Positions 28,621 through 42,020 of a stretch of 64,000 bases of DNA are shown here, piece by piece. The notes under the pieces are model-generated. The model was not told where the DNA came from. It searched no databases and was given only the letters and a program-made list of their open reading frames with translations. The translations under genes were made by a program, and so were the position numbers. Position 1 is the stretch's first letter; each line of letters starts with the position of its first letter. The DNA is from Octopus vulgaris (Eukaryota), in contig OX597821.1 of assembly GCA_951406725.2 (NCBI GenBank), forward strand, positions 66,960,001 through 67,024,000. The letters are read 5' to 3'.

Positions 28621-29052
28621 TATATAAGAATTTTTTGCGTAAGGAGATAAAAAAACCCAAGGCTGTGTAGATATTAGAACATTTATAGATAGGTCTTACA
28701 GCTCTTTCCAGGATATATATTAATGATATCCCTTCATCGGAGACGATGTGAGAGGATGGTTAAACTAACTATGACTTAACCATCCTCTCACACTGTCTCC
28801 GATGAAGGGATATAATTAATAAATATCCTGGAAATAGCTGTAAGACCTATCTATAATTGTTCTAATATCTATACAGCTGTGGTTGTTTTTATCTCATTAT
28901 GCTAAAAATTCTTATATACACACGCTGACATAGTACCAACGTTGAACCCATTATTCGCAAGATTACCGAATCTGGAACTTAACTATGGTCTGTCTATAGC
29001 ACTTATTCAGCATTACCTGATACCCTTGGGTCTCAATGACACCATTGTCTCT
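28621..29052 (+). mobile_element. Penelope-like element remnant: inverted pseudo-LTR palindrome followed by GIY-YIG ORF end
   Basis: Arms 28621-28763 and 28776-28918 with a 12-nt loop. Downstream frame pieces IRKITES...ALIQHYLIPLGLND. Hammerhead-like motif in each arm. Confidence 0.7.
28795..28846 (+). ncRNA. minimal type I hammerhead-like motif (U4>C); mirror copy on minus strand ~28693-28744
   Basis: GTCT CCGATGA A GGGATAT-loop-ATATCCT G GAAA TAGCTG TA^AGAC: stem I GTCT/AGAC, 7-bp stem II, palindromic AGCT stem III, GUA site. Confidence 0.6.
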
Positions 29053-29417
29053 TATATATAAATATATATATGTATGTAGGTATATATGCATGTTGTTATG
29101 AGTAAATATAAAAATGCATTGTTGATAAATAACGACAGATAAAAAAAAGAATACGTATATTGAGGGTACAACCGTACGGGAGACAGACAGAGAGGCTTCC
29201 TAATTCTTCATCAGTTATCAACCAAACTGTTAATACTCAGTTTCGTACCATGAATGATAGGACTTCCCATATTAGGGGCCCCTGCGAAAGTCGCAGAGAT
29301 TGTCGTGCCTCAAGCAAAGAAAACAACACAGAGTGGACAGATGAAAGTAAAGAAAAATGGAATTTAAGACGACGAACAAAAGACGAAATAAATAGACGTA
29401 CGTACATATGTATGTGT

Positions 29418-29732
29418 GGAGCGCAATGGCCTAGTGGTTAGGGCAGCGGACTCGCAGTCGGAAGATCGCCCTTTCGGTTCCCACACCGGGCGTTGTGTGT
29501 GCTTATTCAGCGAAAACATATAAAGCTCCACAAGGTTCTGGAAGGGTGTGGTGGCGACACCTGTTGTACTCTTTCGCCCCAACTTTCTCTCACTCTCTCT
29601 TCCTGTTTCTTGACTAACGCTGCGAAGGACTGGCGTCCCGTCCAGCTGGTGGGAACACATACGCCATAGAAACCGGGAAACCGGGCCCATTAGCCTGGCT
29701 AGTCTTGAAAAGGGCGCATAAAAAAAAAAAAA
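29418..29732 (+). mobile_element. SINE family C, full length with poly(A)
   Basis: tRNA-like head GGAGCGCAATGGCCTAGTGGTTAGGGCAGCGGACTCGCAGTCGG, central GGACTGGCGTCCCGTCCAG, and an A-tail. Confidence 0.85.
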
Positions 29733-30202
29733 TGTATGTATGTATTTATGTATGTATGTATGTATGTATGTTTGTATGTATGTATGTTTGTATGTATGTA
29801 TGTATGTATGTATGTATGTATGTATACATGCATGTATGTGTCTATGGATAAACATGTTATAGTATATGTAAACATGTTCGTACGTATGTTGTCTTGTATT
29901 TTAATTATTTGAGCTTGTCCTATAAAGGAGCTGGTTTCTAACAAATATAAAATGCTCCACCGTCGAAATGTGGATAACAAAACAAATTCCCCTTTTAAAC
30001 TTGAGAAAATTCTTACATCTATTTACTGTTTTTACACAATATTTATACTCAATTATTTATAAATTTGTCTGCTTCGAAATCTGCCATTCAAAATAGGAAT
30101 CATTTCAGATTCTCTCTAAGTTTAGATATACGTACGATTTCATCGGCAGACGTCTTGTCCGTCTGTGTATGCGTATGCACGTGAATGCGTTCGTATGTAT
30201 GC

Positions 30203-30281
<79 letters not shown>

Positions 30282-30542
30282 CGTGCATGTACATATTTAT
30301 ATATATGTATATACTTATATATGTGTATGCGTATGTGTGTGTTTCTATATATGTATTTGTGTATGTTTAGAAAAATACACCAACAAAGAATTATGTTTGC
30401 TTTGTAATATATACGATTGCGCTATTCATTTCTTAAATGCTCATTAATATACTACATAGATTTAGAATTAAGCCTGTAGGTCACACACATTGAAAATATA
30501 TTAAATGTAATATCACCAGCACTAATTGTTCTTATGTATATG

Positions 30543-30596
<54 letters not shown>

Positions 30597-30618
30597 GAGT
30601 GGCTGTGTGGTAAGCATA

Positions 30619-31097
<479 letters not shown>

Positions 31098-31112
31098 TAT
31101 ATATATATTTTG

Positions 31113-31262
31113 ATTGTCTTCCCATGCTGGTTCTGGTAAGTGTTGGTAGGGTCGATCCTTGCGTCTAATCCAGTTTGCATTTTCATTGTAAGTCTTTTCA
31201 TCACTCCAGATTTTTTTCCAAAAGTTTTCAACTTCTTCCATGATAGGGGTCGGGATTTTATA
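31113..31262 (-). mobile_element. R4/Dong-like LINE fragment upstream of the RT domain
   Basis: PIMEEVENFWKKIWSDEKTYNENANWI resembles the P..E...FW..IW.....N..A.WI motif of this clade. Confidence 0.6.
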
Positions 31263-31482
31263 TAACATATATATGTATATATGTTATATAAAATCATCCG
31301 TTCTGTTCGTCTGTGTGTGTCTCTTCTAGGATCTTGGGCATCCTCCATCCGATTGCGCTCAAATTTGATATGTAGATACCGACGGTATCAGGGCGTGTAC
31401 AAGTCTTGAAAAAAATTTTAAAATCGATTCTAGGTGAGACTGCGATCGATAAAGCCGTGGGAATGTGCATTTGTACGCGCAA

Positions 31483-31890
31483 ATCTTAACTGATTGGAAG
31501 TGTTATCATGTACATTGTTTTGTCTTGGTATAAAAGATGTGCTACAGCAAATATTCTGCTCAATACCACAGATTTGCTTGTCAGTCGTTTGACCTTAACC
31601 AGTTGAGCATGTCCCTTAGTGGTTGACGATATGTGCATCTCTGATCACGAGCAGAAGTAGTGGGGGAGCATCATAGCCATGTGTTGAGAGGGATTCTTTG
31701 GGGTTTGAATAATTCACCTCTGGAAACATGGGTGGTTCTTTCAACATCCTTAAACAACCCTTATTCAGGGACCTTTTGAGCGGGATGGGCTACTCAACCT
31801 GAAGAAAATTCTAACTGGGCCCCCACCTGCATGGTCATGTACTGTTTATCTTGATATGAGATCACCTTGTCGCGCACATATGGTTGTGAT
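31483..31890 (+). mobile_element. element D, internal fragment
   Basis: Near-identical to 33871-34278. Confidence 0.85.
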
Positions 31891-31970
31891 CGATACTACC
31901 TCTTCCGCCAACCTGTACATAACTGCACCTTCCATTTTTTGTTGTTTTTGTATATATCTGTGTGTGTGTA

Positions 31971-32006
<36 letters not shown>

Positions 32007-32094
32007 TGTATGTATGTATACATGTACGCGCGCGTACGTATGTGACAGAGAAAGAGTGTTGGGGGGTGTTGTGTGTTGGTGTGCTATATATATT

Positions 32095-32285
32095 CTTTTA
32101 TTCTTTGACTTGTTTCAGTCATTTTTATTCGAATAAATCGACCCCGGGACATATTCTTACTCAGCCTAGTACTTATTTTATCGGTTTCCTTTGCCGAACC
32201 GTTAAGTTACGGGGACGTAAACACACCAATATCGTTTGTCAAGAGATGTGAGGGAACAAACACAGGCATACACACACACGCACAG

Positions 32286-32331
<46 letters not shown>

Positions 32332-32533
32332 ACACAAACACACACACACACACACACACATATATAAACGACGGGCTTCTTTCAGTTTCCATCTACCTAA
32401 TCCACGCACAAGGCTTTGGTCGGCCCGAGGCTATAATAGAAAACACTTGCCCAAGATGCCATGCAATGGGACTGAACCCGGAAGCATGTGATTGGGAAAC
32501 AAGCTTCATACCACACAGCCACTCCTGCGCCTA
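32095..32533 (-). mobile_element. SINE family A
   Basis: Head at 32533, internal (TG)n, partial tail. Confidence 0.85.
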
Positions 32534-32544
32534 TACATAATACA

Positions 32545-32606
<62 letters not shown>

Positions 32607-33590
32607 TGAATGTAGAAATGTATACTATTCTGATATATAGATATGAATGTGTGTAATGGAATATTCCCATTGCTCTCTAGTATGTAAGTATCATATCTCA
32701 AAATATCAATTTTGAGGTGTTACAGAGGTATTGATAATAACCCGCCGGACTAAATGCCACGCGCTTTGAAAAGCCATGTTCCTTTCGGTAAGTTCTTATT
32801 CCTCAAAGCCGGTTTAAGCCGAATTGAACTTTTAAGTTCATAGAATCATAAAATATGTATCATTCAAATAAGCGAGTTCGTCGATTGAAGTAACTACATC
32901 GTATCTCCTAAGAACGTGTGGATTTGTGCCAAATTTGGAAATCGATATTCCATCAATTAAACTGTCTTTGCTATTGATGCTGATCGGCTTCTGAATTAAA
33001 TTGTCCAATACTGTAACGAGAGAGAAACGTATGTTTACAGTGGTCGAAGTAACATTTTATGTTTACATCAAGATTCCACTCTTTCATTTCCTTACAGTAA
33101 ATCCTGTCAGTATGTGACATCGTAGCTTATTTCATTCTTTTATTTCCTTCAAGATTAATCTTCGACTTTGAAATGAAAAGTTTCCAATACTGGGCTCTAT
33201 CAAAACTGATCACACAAAGAATATTCTACACGGTCGTTTCGACGTTTCAATTGTTAAAGAAAGCAACTACATGTCATCACGGATATTTTTTTTTTAAATG
33301 CCCCATGGAAAAAATGTAATGTTACATACTACGTCTGAATAAAAGACAGAATGAGAGAGACAGGAATGATTTTCGCAATTGGTCTTATAAATCAAGACTT
33401 TCATGTGGCGAAGCCATAACAAAATACCTGCGAGTAATAAGAGGCTGAATCTACCTCAAACCACTGTTTACCGTCTTGTAACATGGAGCGACACATGAGA
33501 CAGACGAGGACTTGAATGACAAACGGTGGCAACTCATTCAACATAGATATGTCCCGTCAAGAAAACGACAACGATAATTGCAACAAGATC

Positions 33591-33828
<238 letters not shown>

Positions 33829-34385
33829 ATGCCCTGATGCAGTACCAGGCAGTGGTTTTCATGGCTTCTGATCTTAACTGATTGGAAGTGTTATCATGTA
33901 CATTGTTTTGTCTTGGTATAAAAGATGTGCTACAGCAAATATTCTGCTCAATAAAACAGATTTGCTTGTCAGTCGTTTGACCTTAACCAGTTGAGCATGT
34001 CCCTTAGTGGTTGACGATATGTGCATCTCTGATCACGAGCAGAAGTAGTGGGGGAGCATCATAGCCATGTGTTGAGAGGGATTCTTTGGGGTTTGAATAA
34101 TTCACCTCTGGAAACATGGGTGGTTCTTTCAACATCCTTAAACAACCCTTATTCAGGGACCGTTTGAGCGGGATGGGCTACTCAACCTGAAGAAAATTCT
34201 AACTGGGCCCCCACCTGCATGGTCATGTGCTGTTTATCTTGATATGAGATCACCTTGTCGCGCACATATGGTTGTGATGCATGTGCCTGGTGTACCCTTA
34301 TCAGATGGGTAGTCATGATGGGTATATTGGGCTTCGTATATTTTACCCCAGTGTCACTTTGATGGCATGAACTGCTCTCTCACTC
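33829..34385 (+). mobile_element. element D, longest copy (~557 bp)
   Basis: Starts ATGCCCTGATGCAGTACCAGG after (AAT)n and ends CTCTCTCACTC(AAT)n. No long ORF or tRNA head. Confidence 0.85.
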
Positions 34386-34620
34386 AATAATAATAATACT
34401 AATACTATTACTACTATTACTGCTGCTGCTGCTACCGCTGCTGCTGCTGCCGCTGCTGCTGCTGCCGCTGCTGCCGCTGCTGCAGCTGCTACCGCTGCTG
34501 CCGCTGCTGCTGCTACTACTACTGCTGCTGCTGCTGCTACCACTACTGCTGTTGCTGCTGCTGCTACTACTACTACTACTACCAACAACAACAACAACAA
34601 CAACAACAACAACCACAACA
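34386..34620. repeat. graded trinucleotide repeat (AAT>ACT>GCT>ACA)
   Basis: Directly visible. Confidence 0.9.
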
Positions 34621-35619
34621 AAAATATGGTTCATTGTGCCGTCACCCTCTGTAGTCGAACATCAGTACGATGTATCTAGCTATCACTTTAAAGAACAATT
34701 ACCACTAACAAAACAAGAAAAAAAACAATGATAATAACAGCAATTAAGATATCTTACCAAACACTAAAGGAACTTTTACACAGTGATTAGATATGCTTGG
34801 GTTAGATGTGAAATCTCCCACATATCATACTCTACCATCTCAACGAATGAATATTACATTGGTAAAAAGTTATATCAAACGAACGGATCGATCATGCTTG
34901 ATTCGCTTTTCATAATAGGTTAACTCAATGAGCTACACCTAAAACAACTATAGTATTTAGTATCAGTGGAATTCGAACTATGAACAGGAATATAACAATC
35001 CATTTAGGACCAGTTGTTATATTTTCTCAATTAGATTGTTTTCTCTGCTGTCGTAAAAACAGAATTAATAGCAAAATGATTAATAATGATTTATTATATT
35101 CGGACAAGTTTACACATGTTGCTTTTGTTCTTGTGAAGTCCCAGATCAATTCAGCGCATCTATGATCAAAGATATATCCAACCATAACTAAACCGCTTTT
35201 GTTTTCCTTTCACATACTATTGAATACGTCCATTTTATGAAGGTGAGTTTTGCATTGAAGGTGGTTTGAAAATGCCTCCCTGTCGATTCGTAGATTACAC
35301 ATTTTTAAGGAAGGGACATAGTTAGTGAAATCATTTCGAGCATACTTCAGGAAATGAAAGACTAAGTAGATTCGCTGTGATATTAATTCAGTATTAATAG
35401 GGCCGAAATTAAAAGCATTTCAATTAAGTCGATCATTTAATAACAATTATAACAATAACGTGATAATCTGCAACATCATTTTAATTATTATTGCTGTTAT
35501 CGGCAATGCCGTAAATGATATCTCCGATTCGCATAAGGCCAAACATTTATGGAGAGGGATCAAAATCTGTTCTCATTTCTCTGCATAAAACTACATACCA
35601 GCATATACAAAGTTTAACG

Positions 35620-35941
35620 TTACTGCCACCATCTGAGAATTGAGATCTCTAAGATGTGGCACCTACAAGAGTCAGGCAAAAGGGTTGTCCCTATTGTCAT
35701 CGGAGCATTGGGTTCAATACCACCCAACATAAAGAAACATCTGCAAACTTTAAAAATACCCTACTATCTAGGTGTATCGCAAAAATCGGCACTGCATGGA
35801 ACTGCACGCATATTGCATGAAGTACTGTCCGTCTGAGGTCCTTGCTGTGACTTGACAGACAGTATAAACACCCGGTAGACACATTTTCAATCAACAACAT
35901 CAAGATATTGGATACTGTGCGATGCCTTAAGTAATAATAAT
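35620..35941 (+). mobile_element. R4/Dong-like LINE 3' end
   Basis: LRIEISKMWHL...VVPIVIGALGSIP...SQKSALHGTARILHEVLSV*, then a 3'UTR and (TAA)n. Confidence 0.8.
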
Positions 35942-36145
35942 ACTCCTTTCTACTATAGGCACAAGGCCTGAAATTTGGGGGAGGGGTTAGGTCGATTACA
36001 TCGATCCCAAAAATCAACTGGTACACAATTTATCGACACCAAAATGATAAAAGGCAAAGTCGACCTCGATGGAACTTGAACTCAGAACGTAGCAACGGGA
36101 GAAATGCTGCTAAGCATTATGCCTGGCGTGATAAGGTTCTGCCAA
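35942..36145 (-). mobile_element. SINE family B (older tail type)
   Basis: Family body plus tail CCCCAAATTTCAGGCCTTGTGCCTATAGTAGAAAGG on minus. Confidence 0.8.
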
Positions 36146-36154
36146 TAATAATAA

Positions 36155-37020
36155 TTATTATTTCATTTATTGGACACTAGGGCCGATATATAGGAGACGA
36201 TACAGTAGACATGGACACTGGGGATTCTACACATAAACAACGAGTACACAATTAAAACAGTAACAATGGTATCCAACAAAAATATATAGCAATGGTGGGG
36301 GGGGGATAGCCACATGGAGTTGGCTCAGGTACCCCACCAATGCTGAACCACTGGACACTTCGAGGGCATCTAGGAATAGCGTACCCTTCTCCCTCTCAAA
36401 TTCACTAGCCTACAGGCGCATTATTAGAGTAGGTGCACTCACACATGCCATTTTCGCTACATTCACTCCATTTTAGCAAATGTAGTGGGAGGAAGCAGTT
36501 CTCTCTCCACCTGCATCTTCCTTTCCAATTAAAATTTGAAAAAGTTGATGAGGGATTGGCCGAAAAGAAAAGTGTCTGTCTTCAGTCCTTTCAACCTGGG
36601 TCACCATGCAACCTCTTTCGCCACTGCTATCAGACAGAAGAAAATTGCCTGCCCTTACGGACCGATGGAAAACGGCGGATCAATCTTCACTATGGACGTG
36701 GCCGATAGCCGGATCCATCCTACACGTGATAACAGCTGTTCAATATAACTCCACATGTCAGTAATGCAAGGACAATGAACGAGTACGTGCAGAACGGTTT
36801 CGTCGCTCTGCGCGCATCACAAGCAGGTCCGTCTGATAGTACTTCTGTTCCTGTAGAATTTATCTCGAACCGGCTATGCCCCATATCCCCCGGTAGCACT
36901 GCCAAGCTAAGGATTTCGGGATGTTATCCATCGTGCCCAGCTCGAAAATCCTACTGAACAGACTGGTTAGTTCGATTTCGTCAACGCCTAGTGTATCATT
37001 ACTCTTTCTCTCCAACAATC
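36155..37020 (-). mobile_element. Tx1/L1-clade LINE 3' portion, decayed
   Basis: KSLAWQCYRG; C..C AQSDETVLHVLVHC zinc-knuckle region; AKEVAW..RLKG. 3'UTR ends CCAATAAATGAAATAA. Homologous to 55905-56445. Confidence 0.75.
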
Positions 37021-37022
37021 TT

Positions 37023-37638
37023 CTGGTTAAAGTCAAACAACTGACAAACAAATCTGTGGTATTGAGTAGAATATTTGCTGTAGTCCATCTTTTATACCAA
37101 GAAAAACAATGTACATGATAACACTTCCAAACAGTTAAGATCAGAAGCCACGAGAGCCACTGCCTGGTACTGCATCGGTATTATTATTATTATTGAGTGA
37201 GAGAGCAGTTCATGCCATCAAAGTGACACTGGGGTAAAATATACGAAGCCCAATATACCCATCATGACTACCCGTCTGATAAAGGTACACCAGGCACATG
37301 CATCACAACCATATGTGCACGACATGGTGATCTCATATCAAGATAAACAGCACATGACCTTGCAGGTGGGGCCCAGTTAGAATTTTCTTCAGGTTGAGTA
37401 GCCCATCCCGCTCAAACGGTCCCTGAATAAGGGTTGTTTAAGGATGTTGAAAGAACCACCCATGTTTCCAGAGGTGAACTATTCAAACCCCAAAGAATCC
37501 CTCTCAACACATGGCTATGATGCTCCCCCACTACTTCTGCTCGTGATCAGAGATGCACATATCGTCAGCCACTAAGGGACATGCTCAACTGGTTAAGGTC
37601 AAACAACTGACAAGCAAATCTGTGGTATTGAGCAGAAT
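37023..37638 (-). mobile_element. element D: 5'-truncated copy (37195-37638) followed by the 5' 155 bp of D (37023-37178)
   Basis: Both pieces match 33829-34385 and are joined by (AAT)5. Confidence 0.85.
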
Positions 37639-38088
37639 TATTATTATTATTATTATTATTATCATTATTATTATTATTATTATTATCATCATTACTGGAG
37701 TAATTGAATCGTTTGTGCATCGGACAGAATGACTAGCAGTAATTTGTATATGCTCTGTACGTACGTGGATCAAATGCCAGGGAGATCAAATTTACGTTTT
37801 AATCCCAGTGGTGTGGGGCGTTGATGAAATAAAGCATCAATAAAGTATCGAGAGTAATGTAAATCGACTTACAACACCCCCCACCCCCCACGCACCCTAA
37901 AATCACGAGCTTCGGAGCCTATTTCACGACCATTTCCTTCTTTCCATCTAGTTTATATATGTAACCCGCGCAGAAATTGTAACCTGTCATGATGGACTTC
38001 TCGTTCACGCCGCCCCCGCTCCGTGGTAAACAAAAATATATTATCTATACCATCTTTATCGTCATTACTATTGTTGCTATTATTATTA

Positions 38089-38143
<55 letters not shown>

Positions 38144-38374
38144 CATTAATCAATATTCCGTAATGAACTGAAAGAAGATGGAAATAAATGGGAGAGATGA
38201 CAGGTATATACATATATCCTGTTACATTTGCTATAAATGTTTGTTGAAAGCTCGTTAAAAAGGACCCCAGAGGGTTATAGGAGAATACCGTCTCTTTAAT
38301 ATCATCAGCGAGTCTTGGCTGGGCCTTGACGTCTACTTCTTCAATCCATCCTGTTGCAATAAATTTATTACTAC

Positions 38375-38475
38375 AATGATTATTATTATCATTATTGCTG
38401 TTGTTGTTGTTGTTGTTGTTATTATTATTATTATTATTATTATTGTTATCATTATTATTATTGTTGTTGTTGTTA

Positions 38476-38553
<78 letters not shown>

Positions 38554-38591
38554 GAGTAGTAGGAGTAGGAGTAACAGCAGCAGTAGGAATG

Positions 38592-38631
<40 letters not shown>

Positions 38632-38800
38632 AAGAAGAAGAAGAAGAAGAAGAAGAAGATGATGATGATTGAAGGAGGAAGACGAGAATGTGGAATATGT
38701 GAGGCTGAGGAATATGAGGAAGATGATGATGAGGAGGAGGAGGAGGAGAAGGAGGAGGAGGATGATAATGATGATGATGATGCTGATGTTGTTCGTTATT
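38375..38800. repeat. long compound trinucleotide tract (ATT/GTT/GTA/GAA/GAT/GAG)
   Basis: Directly visible. Confidence 0.95.
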
Positions 38801-38862
38801 ACTATGTGATATTGACATTTCTGATGTTTTTAATTTTTTTTCTTTCTCCCATCTCCCACAGA

Positions 38863-38911
<49 letters not shown>

Positions 38912-39331
38912 GCGCACACAGGTCTATACAACGTTGAGCTGAAATAGGAACTGGAAAACTCTGACCGTGGATTTTTATCGATCGAAATTGGACGAGGCTG
39001 TTATGTTTCGTGTCGAATTTCTCTGTTTAGTATGTCACGATTCCATAGGGGTCCATTAGGTTGAAAAACCCTCTGCAAACGCGGTTTCGAATTTATCGTC
39101 ACAATATATTCCTCCCTTATGCTGTTTCGACCTTATTCACGCATACACACATATATATATATTTGTATCCACGCCTGCGTGTGCATGCGCCTTGTGGAGT
39201 AAGTGCTGGCTGTTCGCCTATGTGTGCGTGTCTGTGTGTTTGTATAAATATATATATATAGAGAGATAGATATGTATATGTGCACATATACATCTATATA
39301 CATATATATATACATATATACATATATATTA

Positions 39332-39362
<31 letters not shown>

Positions 39363-40059
39363 CACGCACATACACATATATATATATATATATACATATA
39401 TATGTATATACACATATATATAGATATATATACATACATATATATATATACATATAGATATATATATAAACACACACACATATATATATACATGTATATA
39501 TGTATATATATATATACATATATATGCGTATATAAGTATATAATATATATATATATATTTATATATATACATATACATATATATACATATATATACATAC
39601 ATATATATATATATATATATGTATGTATATATATGCATACATATATACAGATATATGCATACATACATAGAGGGATGGAGATAGTAAGGAGAAAGAGATG
39701 CGTGTATGTATGTTTTTGTGTGTGTGCGCGCGCGTTTCTGCTTGTGTGCGTGTGCGTTGAAGTGCGCACGCGTATGTGTATACAAAAGTGGTTCTCACTA
39801 ACTCTCGCTTTCTATCTATCGCATTCTATCTATCCTGTTTATGGGTATATTTCCCTATATGCTTGGTAGAACTTGCTGCGTAAGAAGAATAAACAGACAG
39901 CTGCACATGTGTTTATACGTATGCTTCAGCATTTATATGTATATCGTATATCTGTACATGCGGGACTGATTCGGCATCCAGAAAACTATTTCTATTACGT
40001 GTCCTTAGCTATTATCAGGTTTCATCACCGCGTGTGTGTGTATATGTGTATGAGTGTAT

Positions 40060-40133
<74 letters not shown>

Positions 40134-40312
40134 ATGTATGTATATGAGCGTGTATATTCATGTATACATACATACATATATACATACATAGACATGTTTA
40201 TATACACACACATATATATATATGCACATAACTTTCTATATATTTATATGTATACTTATACGTCTGTATATATGTATATACACCTATAGGTATGTATTCA
40301 CACACATACACT

Positions 40313-40356
<44 letters not shown>

Positions 40357-40364
40357 TATACATG

Positions 40365-40423
<59 letters not shown>

Positions 40424-41827
40424 TTGTGTGTGTATGTGTATGTATGTATATGTTTGTTATATATATGTGTTTCCTTCTATGAATATAATATATTGATGTT
40501 TGTGTTTGTACGCTCGTATATGCATTCGGGCGCGCGTGTGTTTCTAATTATTTCAGATGGAATAAATGTCATAGTGCATTCACATAGTATAAATTTTCAG
40601 CAATGTTTATATGCACAGGACAGGTTTACTATTGTCCCTTTAGTCAGCTCTGCTATAGATGATATCATATATTGCAAGACTGCTTCTTGTAGGATCATTA
40701 TTTCCTTTCTAGTCAACACCAATAAACACCTCCTCTATCTAAGATATTTAACACTCGATATTTAAGACATCTGAGTTGTTAATTATTAGTTGAAGAAGTG
40801 CAGATCGTCTAACGTTCCGGCCTGTGATAATGGAGGATGTCGATTTTTCGATGTAGAACACACATCTCGAAATAACTTGTTCGTAAAGCTCCGGAGTTTA
40901 TGTGAGTGTACGACACCATTCGTCAGTAAATACAAATACACTCACAGACGCGCGCGCGTGGGTGCGCACATCCATAGACATTCTCTTTCCCCACCTCTAT
41001 CCTTGCCTCCTCTCTATCCCTTCTCTCTCTCTCTCCACCTCTCTTTCCCCCTATCTCTGTCCCTGTCTCTGTCTCTTTCCCCTCCTCTCACACATTACCC
41101 TCACCTGCATCCCTATTTCCCCCGCTCTCTCTCTCTCCGACCGTACATTTCGTCTTGAGAGAAGCGTAGTGTTGTTCAGACTTCCTTGGTGAGATGTTTT
41201 GTCTGTGATGTGATTTTATGCGCTTTCAAGCATGCTAATCATACTTATGTAACAGGAGTGTATATATCTGTAGATGCGGCATGCATTAGTGTATTTATAG
41301 CGGGTCACTGGTGACGTTAATTGCATTGTTACATAACATTTCTACTTTTGTTTCGTATTGATTTGGCATGTTGCTGAAAAACAAGTCCTATAAAGCTTGC
41401 AATACCATACTGTTTCTTCTACATAATATACATACATGTATGTGCGCCTGCGCTTGTATGTATGTATGGATGGATGGATGGGTGGATGGATGGATTATTA
41501 TACATTATCAATCAGAAGGGTGACAGGTTCTTGGAGGTTTTGGTCTTCTAGCCTTTGTCGGGCTATTTACTACGTATAAAATTCCAAATCATTAACGTCC
41601 CTCTTCTTGTGAAAGTAAAATAAATATGTATTCTACAAAACTATTGAAAAGGTTACAAGACGCAACGGAAATTTTAGAAAAATAAAAACGAAATAAATGG
41701 ATATTTTACCGGTGAGTGTGTTGAATTATCAAGCACTAAAAGAGAATGACTCTCCCCAGACTCAACAGAATATTCTAGAAAAGTAATGTGTAATCCTCCA
41801 ATTTAGTAAATTAATTTTGTCATATAT

Positions 41828-42020
41828 CGTGAGCTATCAGTTGATGTGCAGATTGGTTACGGCTTAGTTCAGTCCGTTATCGCTGGAGGTTTGTGCATGA
41901 GACGCAAGTCTGCCAAGTTTGTACCAAAACTGTTTTCAGCTGACCAAATAAACACTCGGGTTTCAGTTGTACAAGCTCTTGATTTTGTCGAGAAAGATGA
42001 TAACTTTATGAAAACTTTGC
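41828..42020 (+). pseudogene. mariner transposase fragment (HTH-linker region), different family
   Basis: RELSVDVQIGYGLVQSVIAGGLCMRRKSAKFVPKLFSADQINTRVSV...DDNFMKTL resembles the mariner GISYGSVQ.IL...LGMRRV.AKFVPKLL motif. Confidence 0.75.

Noticed and set aside
29205-29250. Minus-strand GAAACTGAGTA...CTGATGA arrangement
   Set aside because: Stem II cannot form, so this is likely chance.
29418-29490. SINE heads as functional tRNA genes
   Set aside because: The cloverleaf is imperfect and each head continues into a multi-copy SINE body.
31285-31480. Helitron-like non-autonomous 5' end (TGTGTGTC...CCGATTGCGCTCAAATTTG)
   Set aside because: The resemblance is from memory only; no 3' hairpin/CTRR end is seen and the copy is interrupted by element D.
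38333-38937. ORFs with poly-His/Pro/Thr/Glu tracts
   Set aside because: Compound trinucleotide microsatellite with no complex coding sequence or splice support.
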